From assembly GCA_031414595.1 (NCBI GenBank), contig JANNVX010000082.1, positions 1 through 64,000 on the forward strand: DNA of 64,000 bases. The letters run 5' to 3'. A program made the position numbers and the translations under genes. Shown here in pieces: positions 1 to 10,521 of this stretch. The notes beneath the pieces are model-generated. The model saw nothing but the letters and a program-made list of their open reading frames with translations. It did not search any database and was not told where the DNA came from. The number at the start of each line of letters is the position of its first letter. Position 1 is the stretch's first letter. This DNA comes from Deinococcales bacterium. Lineage in GTDB: Bacteria; Deinococcota; Deinococci; Deinococcales; JAAFIG01.

Positions 1-2
1 CA

Positions 3-77
3 GGACAGACACAGGGGTCTGTCCCTACAAAATCCATAAAAATACGTCAGGTAGGGGCGGACCCCCGTGTCCGCCCT
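3..77. repeat. Inverted pair of GTAG-type REP palindromes (REPIN-like)
   Basis: Minus strand GTAGGGACAGACCCCTGTGTCTGTCC and plus strand GTAGGGGCGGACCCCCGTGTCCGCCC; each is GTAG followed by a hairpin, arranged back to back. Confidence 0.75.
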
Positions 78-175
78 GTGACCAATTGTCTGTTTTTGGT
101 CTATTTGAAATCAGGAAGTTATTCTTGGACAGTTCCTTAGCAATTGAAAAACCAGTTATCAAACTCGAGGAAAAA

Positions 176-1066
176 ATGAAAAAATTGCTTTTAACATTGT
201 TTGCTTTCGCTTCCTTGTTGCCGTCGGCTCAAGCTCAAATCGCTTTTGCTCCTGCTGATTTTATTCAAAAAATCGGGGCTAAAAAAGTTGGAATGGACTG
301 GAAGGTTGGTAAAACAATTTTTCGATTTGAAACTTTAGCTGGTTCTGCTTACAAAATTGAATACATTGGCTCACCAACTGATACCCGTTTTGCTGCCAAA
401 GCCTTACAACTCATCATCAATAGTAAAATGGATATGGCTCTGCTTGAGAAGGAAATTAGATCAGATTGGGTCAAATACAAGGATTTAGGGTCATTCATCA
501 GTCCAGGTAATTACTTTGATGTTGAAGTGGATTGGACTTCAGAACGATTGCGCTTTAAGGTTATGACGCGAGAACTCTTTAACCTTGGTCAGGATAGAAT
601 TGTTTTTGGGCAGTCTGGTGTATTGATGCGGGTGTTTAGTGATTTTGAATGTCCTGCTTGCCAATCTTTTTTGACAAAGATCTTGCCTTATATGACAGAA
701 CGTTGGATTAACACTGGGCAGTTACGGTACTCATATCGTCATAATCCATTAGACTTTCACCCGAAAGCCATTCCAGCCGCTATAGCGGCTGAATGCTCGG
801 CGCGTCAGAATAAATTTTGGGAATATCATTTGTTGTTGGCTAAAAGCCTCAAGTTTATGATTCACGCCAAAGCCTTGAAGTTCAATCAGTCATTTCAAGC
901 GTGTTTGTCAGATCCTACAGCTCGAGCTGCTGTGATATATGATCTCAAGATTGCCAAAACCAATCGCATTAGTTCTACTCCGACAATATTGATTGGAAGA
1001 TTTCTTATTCGGGATTATCATCGAATTGAAAACTACATTCTTATGGCTCAGGCTTTAGGCAAGTAG
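176..1066 (+). CDS. Secreted DsbA/thioredoxin-fold protein
   Basis: Signal peptide MKKLLL..AQA; FSDFECPAC (CxxC) and STPT cis-Pro motifs; start moved to ATG 176 after GAGG. Confidence 0.85.
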   Translation: MKKLLLTLFAFASLLPSAQAQIAFAPADFIQKIGAKKVGMDWKVGKTIFRFETLAGSAYKIEYIGSPTDTRFAAKALQLIINSKMDMALLEKEIRSDWVKYKDLGSFISPGNYFDVEVDWTSERLRFKVMTRELFNLGQDRIVFGQSGVLMRVFSDFECPACQSFLTKILPYMTERWINTGQLRYSYRHNPLDFHPKAIPAAIAAECSARQNKFWEYHLLLAKSLKFMIHAKALKFNQSFQACLSDPTARAAVIYDLKIAKTNRISSTPTILIGRFLIRDYHRIENYILMAQALGK

Positions 1067-1374
1067 CGTCTGAAGTTATTTTGACGGTTTCATTTTATAC
1101 TCGAGACATGCCAGATGGGTTCTGCCGATGCTACGCCTTGGGCGATAAACCCGCCGCCTACATTACTTATCTTCTCAAGTGCCAAGATAGACCCTAGCAC
1201 CCTAAAAGTCTTGGTCAATAACGAAGACGTCACAAAACGCATTGATATTAAACAGAATACTTCGAGTGTTCGCATAGATTATAAGTTACTCACCGATTCA
1301 CACTGCCCGAGTCTCCAACAGGGTAAATTAAAAAAGGTCAAAAACCTCTTTCCTCCTTTCTCTTTCCTCTGCCC

Positions 1375-2391
1375 CTAACAAACCAGCGTGGCAAAGTCGG
1401 TAAATTCGGCGTTCATTCCGCCAGGTACGCCTTTGGCAATCACACTGACAGCATCGTGCGAGTGCAGACTCTCGAGGTGGCTGCATACAACTTGGAAATC
1501 ACGGATGCGGTTATCTTGCTCGAGTTGTTGGTAAACCAGTCTGGCAGCATCTTCAACAAATTTAACGTGTGCGCCATTCAGTTCGGCAAAGGCTTGTTCG
1601 TCTTCACGCTTGACCATGACTTGGGTTTCGGTCACGAGGGCGTTTCGCATGTGAACGATTAGGTCTTCTAAAGCCAGTTCCATGTCTGGGCTGACTTCGA
1701 CTTTGACCCGAGCTTTGCTGCGTTGGCTGTGCGGAATGGCGTATGCGCCTCGGGTATCGCGGGCGTGTTCGGCGAGTTCGGCACTGCATGGGCAGGCACT
1801 CGAGTAAACAAAATCGAGTTCGATAAAACGGCGTACCCTGCCATGACGGTCTAAACTGGCTTCATAACTGGCGGTGTAAAATTGGTAGCCCTCGAGTCCA
1901 CTTCTTAAAGACGGCACAAGGAGCGGGAAAGAAAAACCGACCTTGACTCTGGCTTGGAAACCGCCAATATTGACAGAATAATTTCGCAGTACATCTTCTA
2001 AACTATTTAAGCTAAACACTTGGTCTTTATGCTGATAAAAATTACGGATAATTCGGCTCATGTTGATGCCTTTTTTATCAGCTTCTAGGGCTACCGTACC
2101 CGTTACTTTGGCTTCTAGGGTGTGTTGCTCACCGTTTTTGGCTTGGAATTTTAATGGTAACTTAAAACCACTGATGCCAACTTGTTGAATCGCAACATTT
2201 GCGCCATCTATACCGTCTATGGTTTCGGTCATGTCTGGCAGACTGGCAATGTAGGCTGCATCGGGGCGAAAGGTTCGGTCGTAACTTCTGGTAAAAACTG
2301 GTTGGGCACCGCTATTATTTTTGAATAAGTAGGCTTTCTTAAAAGCGGGAAGGGTGATGGGTTGACTTGCGAGGATTTGCATCAAGCTCAT
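1375..2391 (-). CDS. folE2: GTP cyclohydrolase IB (FolE2)
   Basis: KGINMSR, SSACPCS, PHSQRS, VKREDE, FVEDAAR and ESLHSHDA motifs; start set at ATG 2391 after AGAGG. Confidence 0.93.
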   Translation of the reverse strand: MSLMQILASQPITLPAFKKAYLFKNNSGAQPVFTRSYDRTFRPDAAYIASLPDMTETIDGIDGANVAIQQVGISGFKLPLKFQAKNGEQHTLEAKVTGTVALEADKKGINMSRIIRNFYQHKDQVFSLNSLEDVLRNYSVNIGGFQARVKVGFSFPLLVPSLRSGLEGYQFYTASYEASLDRHGRVRRFIELDFVYSSACPCSAELAEHARDTRGAYAIPHSQRSKARVKVEVSPDMELALEDLIVHMRNALVTETQVMVKREDEQAFAELNGAHVKFVEDAARLVYQQLEQDNRIRDFQVVCSHLESLHSHDAVSVIAKGVPGGMNAEFTDFATLVC

Positions 2392-2675
2392 AAAGAACCT
2401 CTTTCTTCGCTGGGAAATGCGCCCAACGGGGTTCATCAATTTGCAACCTCGGGAAGTCAAATTGACAAAGACGGATGGCTTTGGACTTCAAAGCATAAGT
2501 AAGATGATGCGCGTTTTGACAACAATAAACCGATGCCACAAATACATGTTTCTTGTATCGCATCTTGCAAAATTACCGTTATTTCGTCTAGTAAGCAAAA
2601 AAATCACTATGCTAAATTGCCTAGTGGTGTCTTTAGACTGCAATACAAAATAAACTCTCGAGTAGACTCTTGAGT

Positions 2676-3464
2676 ATGTTTGATTCACATATGCACACAC
2701 CGCTTTGTCATCATGCCATTGGCGCACCCATCGAGTATGCCCACGAAGCGGTCATGAGCGGCTTATCTGGAATTTGTTTTACCGAACACATGCCACTGCC
2801 CTTAGATGCCGACGCTCATGTGCGTTTAAGCGCAGGAAATTTAGCCATGTATTACGAACTGATTAAAAATACCCAAACCCTGTGCCGCAATGACCTCGAG
2901 ATTCGTTGTGGACTAGAAATGGATTTTATTCCGGGCATAGAAGCCTTTAGCCAAAATCTGCTGGCACTGCACGAGTGGGATTACATCATTGGCAGTGTTC
3001 ACCGCGTTGGAGAATTGGCTTATGGTCTACCGCCGCAGCCCAGTGACTTAGACAATTATTGGCGAGCCTATTACAACCTGATTATGGTCGCCGCCCAAAC
3101 GGGTTTATATGATGCTATCGGACACCTTGATTTACCGGTGCGTTGGGTTGCAGCCCCCGAACAGCACCTCGAGATGGTCTTGCCAGCCCTTGATGTGATT
3201 GCCAAGCACAAGTTGGCTTTGGATTTTAATACTTCTGGCTTGCGTGGCGAATTGAACGCGCCTCATCCACCACTCGAGTTTCTAAAAGCCGCTTTTGAAC
3301 GCGGTATTCCCTTGGTGCTGGGTTCGGATGCCCACAACCCCAAAGATGTCGGTTCACATTTTGGGAGTGCCATAACACTAGCCAAACAAGCGGGCTACAA
3401 GCACGTAGCTGCATTTAAGAACCGTGTCCTCGAGACCTATGCTATAGATACGGACGAGGATTGA
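2676..3464 (+). CDS. PHP-family histidinol-phosphatase (HisJ-like)
   Basis: DSHMHT, FTEH, IGSVH, GHLDL and GSDAH motifs. Confidence 0.88.
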   Translation: MFDSHMHTPLCHHAIGAPIEYAHEAVMSGLSGICFTEHMPLPLDADAHVRLSAGNLAMYYELIKNTQTLCRNDLEIRCGLEMDFIPGIEAFSQNLLALHEWDYIIGSVHRVGELAYGLPPQPSDLDNYWRAYYNLIMVAAQTGLYDAIGHLDLPVRWVAAPEQHLEMVLPALDVIAKHKLALDFNTSGLRGELNAPHPPLEFLKAAFERGIPLVLGSDAHNPKDVGSHFGSAITLAKQAGYKHVAAFKNRVLETYAIDTDED

Positions 3465-4782
3465 CATTAACCCCATTGCGTGAAACCTGAAAATGCAGTT
3501 CATCACTTGGGAATAACGCGCCACCGCCGACATTACCAATCACCTGTCCAGCCCGAACACTTTGGTCAATACCAACGCTTGGGTATTGCAAATTGCCATA
3601 AATTGTCCACAGGCTGGCGGCTTGGTCATCGGTATGCGAAATAATCACATAGTAGCCGTAATTTGCTCCAAGCGATTCGGCTTTGACCACAACACCATCG
3701 GCAACCGCCACGACTGCCCCGCCAGAATTTCCTTGAATCGTCATGTAATCGCCGTCCACACCAAACTCGGCAATGATGCTGCCGCCCGGCATTGGTGAAG
3801 CCCTAAAATTAGAGACATTGATGGGCAAAGCAATCGGGGTGATACGAACAATTTGGGCTTGCGCTCGAGCCTCGCGTTGGCGCTCGAGTTCAAGCGCTCT
3901 TTGGCGAGCTTTTTCGTCGCGGATACGGGCAATTCGCACCGCTTCTTCACGCTTAAGTCGGACGGCTTCCTCGCGTAAACGCTGCGCTTCCAAAGCCCGT
4001 TGCCGACGAACTTCGGCTAAGCGCTGGCGTTCTGCCTGAAAATTCAGGTAAATCGTAGCGGCTTTGGCACTAGCAACTTGGGCGCTCTGCACTGCTTGGA
4101 GTTGTAGGGCTTGCCGTCCTGCTCGAGTTTTTTGCAGTGTGGCGATACTGGTTTTAAGTTTAACCTGATTTTGGGTTATCTCGGTTTTTTTACGTTCCAA
4201 AATGCGTTGATAATCGTTTAACTTGGCAATCACCGCAAACAATTCACGGTTCTTATCTGAAAGCAACAAAGCATTGGTGTTTAACTCATCAATCACGTTT
4301 AAGTTGACATCTTGAATCAAGTCTAAATCCTTGGCTTTAACCGCCAAATCAAAAGCATTTTCGGCACGAACCATTAACTTTACATAGCGCCGACTGCGCT
4401 CTTTGTCTAAGGTAATCATCAGCTTAGAGAGTTGGTCTTTGCCATACGCAATTTTAGCTTCAAGCATCTGGACTTCAAGGCTTAAACTCTGGCTTTTATC
4501 TTCGGTTTTAGCCAATTGCACTTGGGTGCTGGCACGTTCCGCTTCGAGTTTAGCCAAACGTAAACTGAGGGCTTTGACTCGAGCATTCAAATCGCGTTCC
4601 TGAGTGGTTAAATTAAGAATATCGCGCTCTAAACTGCTGGCTTTTGCGCTCTGTAAGTTGCGAATTCGCTGTTGCTCACGTAAATCACGTTGTAACTGCT
4701 CGAGTTGAAGGCTACTGGTCTGTGCCAACGCCCCCACCAAAATAAGCACTAAAAAAATAATTGGAGCAAAGAATTTTTTCAT
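3442..4782 (-). CDS. envC: Murein hydrolase activator, EnvC family (coiled coil plus degenerate M23 domain)
   Basis: Signal peptide, long coiled coil, LytM-like C-terminus (LHFQV..VNPRPYL); lies downstream of ftsEX. Confidence 0.82.
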   Translation of the reverse strand: MKKFFAPIIFLVLILVGALAQTSSLQLEQLQRDLREQQRIRNLQSAKASSLERDILNLTTQERDLNARVKALSLRLAKLEAERASTQVQLAKTEDKSQSLSLEVQMLEAKIAYGKDQLSKLMITLDKERSRRYVKLMVRAENAFDLAVKAKDLDLIQDVNLNVIDELNTNALLLSDKNRELFAVIAKLNDYQRILERKKTEITQNQVKLKTSIATLQKTRAGRQALQLQAVQSAQVASAKAATIYLNFQAERQRLAEVRRQRALEAQRLREEAVRLKREEAVRIARIRDEKARQRALELERQREARAQAQIVRITPIALPINVSNFRASPMPGGSIIAEFGVDGDYMTIQGNSGGAVVAVADGVVVKAESLGANYGYYVIISHTDDQAASLWTIYGNLQYPSVGIDQSVRAGQVIGNVGGGALFPSDELHFQVSRNGVNVNPRPYL

Positions 4783-4877
4783 AGCTTATCCTCTAAGGCT
4801 AAAAACCAATCGAGCATCGTTTTTTGATTCAAAATAACAGTCATGTCCAGAGTTTAGCGCATCTTGAGTAAGTTTGA

Positions 4878-5762
4878 TTATTCGGCTTCACGCAAGTAGC
4901 GATTGGCTGCCCAAAGACTGCCAAGTAACCCCAAAAAAAGCCCAAGTAGGGTAATCGCTCCAAGCACTTGCAGCACCAGAAAAGGGTCTTTAATAATTGG
5001 AATAAACGGCACAAGTTCAGAGACTCGGCTGGCAATGGTTGAGTAGGCTGGAAAAATAATTGCCATTGTAAACAGCGAAGCCAGCAACGCCAAGGCAAGC
5101 CCCTCGAGAACATAGGGAGCGCGAATAAACCCTCTGGTTGCCCCAATCATCCGCATCACTTGTATTTCGTCACGGCGAGCAAACATCGCCACCCGAATGG
5201 TGTTGAGGATATTCAGTAACGTATTAAAAACCAGTAACAACACCAAGCCGTAACCAATGTTTCGCACCGTCTCGAGGGTGGCAAGAACAGTATTGACAAA
5301 ATCTGCGCCGTACTCGAGTTCAGCAACCCCAACAATGGTTTTGACTTGGATGGCGATGTCTTCGATAGTTCGCGGGTTCTGAACACGAATCACAATGCGG
5401 TCTGCCAGTGGATTATCGACTTGTTTACTGACCCCCTCTAAGGCTGGATATTCGGTTTTTAGTTTGGCAAAGGCTTCGGCTCGGCTGATAAAAGTGGAAG
5501 ATTCGATGCCCGCAATTCCAGACAGCACCGTTAGAACCGCGTCCCCTTGGGCTTTGGCAAGGCTGATATTTTCGGCTGGGGCTAAAAAAGCCGTGATTTG
5601 CACATCCTTCTCGAGTCCGCGCACGATGGTCTCGAGGTTGATTGTCACCAGTGCCACCAGTGCGAGTAAAGTCAGGGTTAAGGTCATGGTGGACAAAGTG
5701 GCAACGCCCGCCGTGATGTTTGCCCGAAAAGCCAACCATGCTTGTTTTAAGTGGTAACTCAC
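4878..5762 (-). CDS. ftsX: Cell division permease FtsX
   Basis: NTIRVAMFARRDEIQVMRMIGAT..FIRAPYVLEG motif; GTG start at 5762. Confidence 0.93.
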   Translation of the reverse strand: MSYHLKQAWLAFRANITAGVATLSTMTLTLTLLALVALVTINLETIVRGLEKDVQITAFLAPAENISLAKAQGDAVLTVLSGIAGIESSTFISRAEAFAKLKTEYPALEGVSKQVDNPLADRIVIRVQNPRTIEDIAIQVKTIVGVAELEYGADFVNTVLATLETVRNIGYGLVLLLVFNTLLNILNTIRVAMFARRDEIQVMRMIGATRGFIRAPYVLEGLALALLASLFTMAIIFPAYSTIASRVSELVPFIPIIKDPFLVLQVLGAITLLGLFLGLLGSLWAANRYLREAE

Positions 5763-5772
5763 AGTCTTATCC

Positions 5773-6456
5773 TCACAGTGCATACCCGCCGTTCGGGTCG
5801 TCACGCACCAGTTTTCCTTTGCGTAAAGTCAGGGTTCGGCGGCGTTGTTGTTCAACAATTTCGCGTGAATGGGTGGCTAAAATAATGGTTGTGCCTTTTA
5901 AGTTAATTTCGCTTAATAACTCCATGATTTCCCAACTGACATCGGGGTCTAAATTACCAGTTGGCTCATCGGCGAGTAACAACATTGGGTTGGTAATCAC
6001 CGCCCTTGCAATGGCGACCCGTTGCCGTTCGCCTTGGGACAACTGAATTGGAAAGACCTTACTTTTATGTGCCAGACCGACAGTGCGTAAAATACCAGTA
6101 ATCCGCTCATTCCAGTCGCGCTTGGGGGCTTCGGTAATCCGCAGCGCAAACTCGAGGTTGGCGGCTACACTTAAGTGATCCAGAAGCGAATGGTTTTGAA
6201 AGACCATCCCGATGCGCCGCCGGTGGTACGCCACCCGTCCACCTTTATATTTGGTCAGCGATTCGCCACCAATATAGACTTGCCCTTTGCTTGGTACAAT
6301 GCTTTTAATAATTAAACCAAGAAAACTGCTTTTACCAGCCCCACTATGACCAGTTAAATAGACAAATTCCCCTTTTTTAATCGAAAGGTTAATTTCTTCT
6401 AAAGCAAGGGTTTGGGTTTGGGGGTACTCGAGCGAAACGCGATGAAACTCAACCAC
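5773..6456 (-). CDS. ftsE: Cell division ATPase FtsE
   Basis: GHSGAGKS, RRRIGMVFQ, LADEPTGNLDP; adjacent to ftsX. Confidence 0.95.
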   Translation of the reverse strand: MVEFHRVSLEYPQTQTLALEEINLSIKKGEFVYLTGHSGAGKSSFLGLIIKSIVPSKGQVYIGGESLTKYKGGRVAYHRRRIGMVFQNHSLLDHLSVAANLEFALRITEAPKRDWNERITGILRTVGLAHKSKVFPIQLSQGERQRVAIARAVITNPMLLLADEPTGNLDPDVSWEIMELLSEINLKGTTIILATHSREIVEQQRRRTLTLRKGKLVRDDPNGGYAL

Positions 6457-6523
6457 AGCAGATAGTTTAACCTAAGCAAGTGAGATGTCTGGGAAAAAAT
6501 TTTGTGTATACTCGAGTCAGATT

Positions 6524-6910
6524 ATGGCTATTGTCCGATTTACCCGCCAACGTCAAGCGGTACTCGAGGCGGTGCAACACAGCACCGAACATCCAGACGC
6601 GGCTCATATCTTTGAGACTGTCCGCCAAGTTGTACCAAGTATTTCGCTGGGGACAGTTTACCGTTCGCTCGAAGCGCTGGTAGAAGAAGGTCATTTGCTG
6701 CAAATTCAGCAACCCGGAATGTCAACCCGCTACGATGCTCGGCTTGAAGACCATGCCCATTTTGTCTGCGATACTTGTGGACAGGTCTTTGATGTACTCG
6801 CCAGTCTGCCAGACCCAAGACCGATTGCTGCCAAGACTTTATCTGGCTTTGAAGTCTTGAGTGCCAAAATTGAATTTCACGGCAAATGCAACCGTTGTTG
6901 CCAAAACTAA
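6524..6910 (+). CDS. Fur/PerR-family transcriptional repressor
   Basis: TRQRQAVLE, HPDA, SLGTVYRSL, HAHFVCDTCG and C-terminal CxxC. Confidence 0.92.
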   Translation: MAIVRFTRQRQAVLEAVQHSTEHPDAAHIFETVRQVVPSISLGTVYRSLEALVEEGHLLQIQQPGMSTRYDARLEDHAHFVCDTCGQVFDVLASLPDPRPIAAKTLSGFEVLSAKIEFHGKCNRCCQN

Positions 6911-6983
6911 GCTAGAAAATTGGACTGCGTACAAATTCGCCCCAAGTACAAGCGTTTGTTACTGCTCGTGTTAGGCTCGAACC

Positions 6984-7955
6984 ATGAACGTTGGTATCAC
7001 CGCTATCGGCACGTACTTACCGCAAAAAGTCTTACTCAACACCGACTTAGAACTGACTTTAGAAACCACAGACGAATGGATTCAAAGCCGCACGGGGATA
7101 AAATCAAGGCACATTGCCGCCGATGACGAATTCACCAGTCATCTGGCGATTCGAGCCGTTGAAAACCTCGTTAAAAAACATGGGCAGGCGGTTCTCGAGA
7201 ACATAGACCTCGTGATTGTTGCCACCGCCACACCCGATGCCTATTTTCCAAGCACCGCCGCGCTGGTTCAGACCCAATTTGGCTTAAAAGCGGCTGCCTT
7301 TGACATCATGGTTGCTTGCGCTGGCTGGGTGTACGCCCTGAATGTGGCACGCGCCCAAATTATGGCTGGGACAAGTCAAAAAGTGCTGGTGATTGGGGCA
7401 GAAACCTTTTCTAAAATTGTCAATTGGTATGACCGCAACACGGCAGTCTTATTTGGTGACGGCGCAGGGGCAGCCATTCTCGAGACCGTGCCGAACGGAT
7501 TTGGTTTTGCTGGATTTTACTGGGGTGCAGACGGAAGCGGCGCAAAGTTTTTGCACTCTGGCGCACTGGGTAAACGCTTACCAACCGGCGAACCGCTCGA
7601 GCCATTTGTAGTGCAGAACGGACGCGAAGTTTTTAAGTTCGCCACGCGCATTATGCCCGAAGCGATTTTACGGGTGGTCGAAAATGCAGGTTGGAAACTC
7701 GAGGAAGTAGACCGTATTGTGCCACACCAAGCCAACGCCCGAATTATCGAAGCTGCCAGCGAACGCCTAAAACTCGAGCCAGATAAATTTGTGGTCAGCA
7801 TTGAACGCCACGCCAACAACAGCGCCGCAACCATCCCATTGGCACTCGAGCATGGCATAGACAACGGGCTGATAAAACGCGGCGATAAGGTCGTGCTGGT
7901 CGGCTTCGGCGGCGGCTTAGCTTGGAGTGCTGCCGCCCTGACATGGGGTTATTAA
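6984..7955 (+). CDS. fabH: 3-oxoacyl-ACP synthase III
   Basis: Catalytic C (VACAG), PHQAN, NNSAA, GFGGG. Confidence 0.95.
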   Translation: MNVGITAIGTYLPQKVLLNTDLELTLETTDEWIQSRTGIKSRHIAADDEFTSHLAIRAVENLVKKHGQAVLENIDLVIVATATPDAYFPSTAALVQTQFGLKAAAFDIMVACAGWVYALNVARAQIMAGTSQKVLVIGAETFSKIVNWYDRNTAVLFGDGAGAAILETVPNGFGFAGFYWGADGSGAKFLHSGALGKRLPTGEPLEPFVVQNGREVFKFATRIMPEAILRVVENAGWKLEEVDRIVPHQANARIIEAASERLKLEPDKFVVSIERHANNSAATIPLALEHGIDNGLIKRGDKVVLVGFGGGLAWSAAALTWGY

Positions 7956-8012
7956 ACGATAAATCAGGATTTGTTAAATCCCTGTTTCTTACACTCAAGA
8001 CCCTCTTGACAT

Positions 8013-8031
8013 TTGACCTATTGGTAGGTAA
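8013..8031. promoter_or_regulatory. Putative TetR operator 1
   Basis: TTGACCTATTGGTAGGTAA imperfect palindrome just upstream of the tetR start; near copy at 8598-8627. Confidence 0.7.
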
Positions 8032-8040
8032 GATAACCTT

Positions 8041-8583
8041 GTGAGTCAGACCAATACCACTGACCGTTTACTCGACGAAGCCCAACGCTTGGTGCAACTT
8101 GGCGGTTTTAACGGCTTTAGTTATGCTGACATCTCAAAAGCCATCGGTATTACAAAACCAAGTATCCATTATTATTTTCCGACCAAACAAGACCTCGCGC
8201 TCGAGTTACTACGCCGTTATCGTCGGCAATTGCAAAACGGATTTGAATGGCTCAACTCGAGTACCCAAGACCCAAAGGCTCGTCTGACACTATACATTCA
8301 GTTTTTCGCTGGCTTGGTCAAAGATGGTCGTTTGTGTTTATGTGCCGCCTTAGCCGCCGATGCAGGTTCGCTTTCCGCCCAAATTCAACTCGAGTTACAA
8401 GGCGCATTAGAGGATAAAAAAACGTGGTTGGCACAAAATTTAACTATCCTAAAAATATCAGAACCAAACAGACAAGCCGCTTTATTTGTCGCCACCGTCG
8501 AAGGGGCAATGCTCCTAGCTCGAGCCTATAACGACCTTTCAACCTATAATACAATCTGTCAGGACTTACTCGAGCGTTTTTAG
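8041..8583 (+). CDS. TetR/AcrR-family regulator
   Basis: GFNGFSYADIS..GITKPSIHYYFPTK HTH; CLC motif. Confidence 0.93.
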   Translation: MSQTNTTDRLLDEAQRLVQLGGFNGFSYADISKAIGITKPSIHYYFPTKQDLALELLRRYRRQLQNGFEWLNSSTQDPKARLTLYIQFFAGLVKDGRLCLCAALAADAGSLSAQIQLELQGALEDKKTWLAQNLTILKISEPNRQAALFVATVEGAMLLARAYNDLSTYNTICQDLLERF

Positions 8584-8597
8584 CAATTTGGTATCAC

Positions 8598-8627
8598 AAA
8601 ATTTGACCTATTAGAAGGTCAAATTTT
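8598..8627. promoter_or_regulatory. Putative TetR operator 2
   Basis: AAAATTTGACCT-ATTAGA-AGGTCAAATTTT perfect inverted repeat upstream of the hydrolase gene. Confidence 0.7.
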
Positions 8628-8639
8628 TAAGGAGTTATT

Positions 8640-9416
8640 ATGAACAGTCGAACCATCGTTTTTATTCATGGGATGTTTGTCACACCACGTTGCTGGTCGG
8701 ATTGGACAGCTTTTTTTAGCGGTCATGGGTACACCTGCCATGCACCCGCCTACCCTCGAGGGCGCGAGGCAAGCCCAGAAAAACAACGGCTAGCACACCC
8801 AAGTGCTGAAATAGCTGAACTTCGTCTGAGCGAAGTGATCGAACACTATGCACGTTTTGTCAGCCAATTACCCGAAAAGCCAATTTTAATTGGACACTCA
8901 ATGGGTGGCTTAATTGCCCAGCTTTTGGTGCAACGCGGCTTAGCTTCGGCAGCTGTTTTAATCAGCAGTGGTCCGCCAACGGGTATTTTGAGTTTAGAGT
9001 TTTCGTTTCTGAAATCCCTTTTTCCAATGTTTAACCCATTTGTCTCTGGCAATACCCCTTACCTGATGCCATTTTCCCATTGGCAATACACCTTTACCCA
9101 CAGCATCCCCTTGGCGCAACAACAAGCCAGTTACGAGGCTCAACTTGTCCCAGAATCACGCCATTTACCCCGCGATGCAATTGGTGCAACTGGAAAAATA
9201 GACCTTAAAAAAGCCCATGTGCCTCTACTTTTTATCGCTGGTTCAGACGACCAAATCATGCCAACCGAGATTAACAAAAAGAACCTGGCTGCCTACAAAG
9301 ACCCCACGTCAACTCGAGCTTACAAAGAATTTAGCGGACGTACCCATTTTATTATTGGACAAGATAAGTGGCAAGAAGTGGCAGAATATGCCCGTGCTTG
9401 GATTGCCCAACAATAA
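8640..9416 (+). CDS. Alpha/beta hydrolase
   Basis: FIHG, GHSMGG nucleophile elbow, D and H triad candidates. Confidence 0.9.
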   Translation: MNSRTIVFIHGMFVTPRCWSDWTAFFSGHGYTCHAPAYPRGREASPEKQRLAHPSAEIAELRLSEVIEHYARFVSQLPEKPILIGHSMGGLIAQLLVQRGLASAAVLISSGPPTGILSLEFSFLKSLFPMFNPFVSGNTPYLMPFSHWQYTFTHSIPLAQQQASYEAQLVPESRHLPRDAIGATGKIDLKKAHVPLLFIAGSDDQIMPTEINKKNLAAYKDPTSTRAYKEFSGRTHFIIGQDKWQEVAEYARAWIAQQ

Positions 9417-9521
9417 TCAAAAAAACGAATCTGGGATAATGAAATCAGTTCAATAATCACTGTTTTTTGACATGAAAAATGCACTGCTCCAACCTCACTA
9501 CCCTTGGGTTGCTTCTAGTCG

Positions 9522-9555
9522 CAAAATGTTTTAGGAAAGCACCTAAAACATTTTG
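9522..9555. terminator. 14-bp stem-loop between convergent genes
   Basis: CAAAATGTTTTAGG-AAAGCA-CCTAAAACATTTTG; related copy at 36031-36064. Confidence 0.6.
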
Positions 9556-9571
9556 AGGAATGTACTTAAAT

Positions 9572-9796
9572 TCATAAATCAAGCCATTGCTCAAGACTCA
9601 CGCCTACATCTCGGATAATTTTACGAATCAATCCAACGCCAACATCACCAGAGTGAATAGGAATAGGAATCAACGGAAAATTTTTGTCAGGATGCACCAT
9701 ATGCACATGTCGTCCACCCAAAAACGGACCTTCATAACCCAATGCCCGCAACTTACGAATAATCTCGAGACTTTTAAGCGGCGAAACTTTAGGCAA
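9572..9796 (-). CDS. hicA: HicA-family toxin
   Basis: IIRKLRALGY..GGRHVHM..IPIH..GLIRKIIRDVG pattern; TTG start after GAGGA. Confidence 0.85.
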   Translation of the reverse strand: MPKVSPLKSLEIIRKLRALGYEGPFLGGRHVHMVHPDKNFPLIPIPIHSGDVGVGLIRKIIRDVGVSLEQWLDL

Positions 9797-10043
9797 CGCA
9801 TTCCTCGATTTGCACACCTGGTAAAGCAGGAATATCTCGATTCAATTGTAAAGCCAAGACAACGTTACCTTCTATGGCATCCGCAAGTTCACGACGGGCT
9901 TCTTCAACACTTTTGCCTTCGGAAAAAAAACCAGCTACATCTGGAACTTCAGCCACCACCATGCCGTTTTCATCAGTTTCATACCGTGCCAATTGCAAAG
10001 CAGCATCTATGTAGCCACGAATCGAAAAACTACGAAGAATCAT
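9789..10043 (-). CDS. hicB: HicB-family antitoxin (short, upstream of toxin)
   Basis: VAEVPDVAGFFSEGKSVEEARRELADAIEG..IP. Confidence 0.85.
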   Translation of the reverse strand: MILRSFSIRGYIDAALQLARYETDENGMVVAEVPDVAGFFSEGKSVEEARRELADAIEGNVVLALQLNRDIPALPGVQIEECVA

Positions 10044-10062
10044 GGGTTGAGTCTAGCAGACT

Positions 10063-10512
10063 TTAAGACCAGCGTTGCAACTCCACAACATTGCCTTCTG
10101 GGTCGGTGGCATAAACCACCGTTACACTTTGTCCATCGGCTCGAGTCAGCGTCACCACCTCGCCGACTTGACCCCCACCATGCTCGAGAACAAGTTGTAA
10201 GGCTTGTTGCACATCGTCTACGGCAAAGGCAATATGCCCGTAACCTTGGCGATTGACTTTGGTTTCGGGTTTCTCGAGACTCGGTTGATACTCAAAAATC
10301 TCTAAAGTTGGTGCGTTATCGGTGTAACCCGGTAAGCGAAGGTGCATTCCACGTTGTCTTGCACCGACTAGATTGGCAAGCGCATCGAATTTTTCACCAG
10401 CGTAATCGCGTTCTGGAGGTACTGGCAGACAGCCAAAAACCTGTTGGTAAAAACCCGCTAGTACCCGCCAATTGGCAGCCACTAAATTGGTATGGACGTA
10501 TTTTGCATTCAC
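10063..10512 (-). CDS. VOC/glyoxalase-family protein
   Basis: HTNL, GHIAFAVDD, DPEGNVVEL. Confidence 0.9.
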   Translation of the reverse strand: MNAKYVHTNLVAANWRVLAGFYQQVFGCLPVPPERDYAGEKFDALANLVGARQRGMHLRLPGYTDNAPTLEIFEYQPSLEKPETKVNRQGYGHIAFAVDDVQQALQLVLEHGGGQVGEVVTLTRADGQSVTVVYATDPEGNVVELQRWS

Positions 10513-10521
10513 ACCTCGAGT

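Noticed and set aside
1090-1378. Short ORFs between the dsbA-like gene and folE2
   Set aside because: No RBS or recognisable motif; possibly a fragment, but unsupported.
2392-2590. Riboswitch or Zur box upstream of folE2
   Set aside because: Several hairpins and a weak AT-rich palindrome are present, but I could not match a known consensus by eye; needs an Rfam or motif scan.
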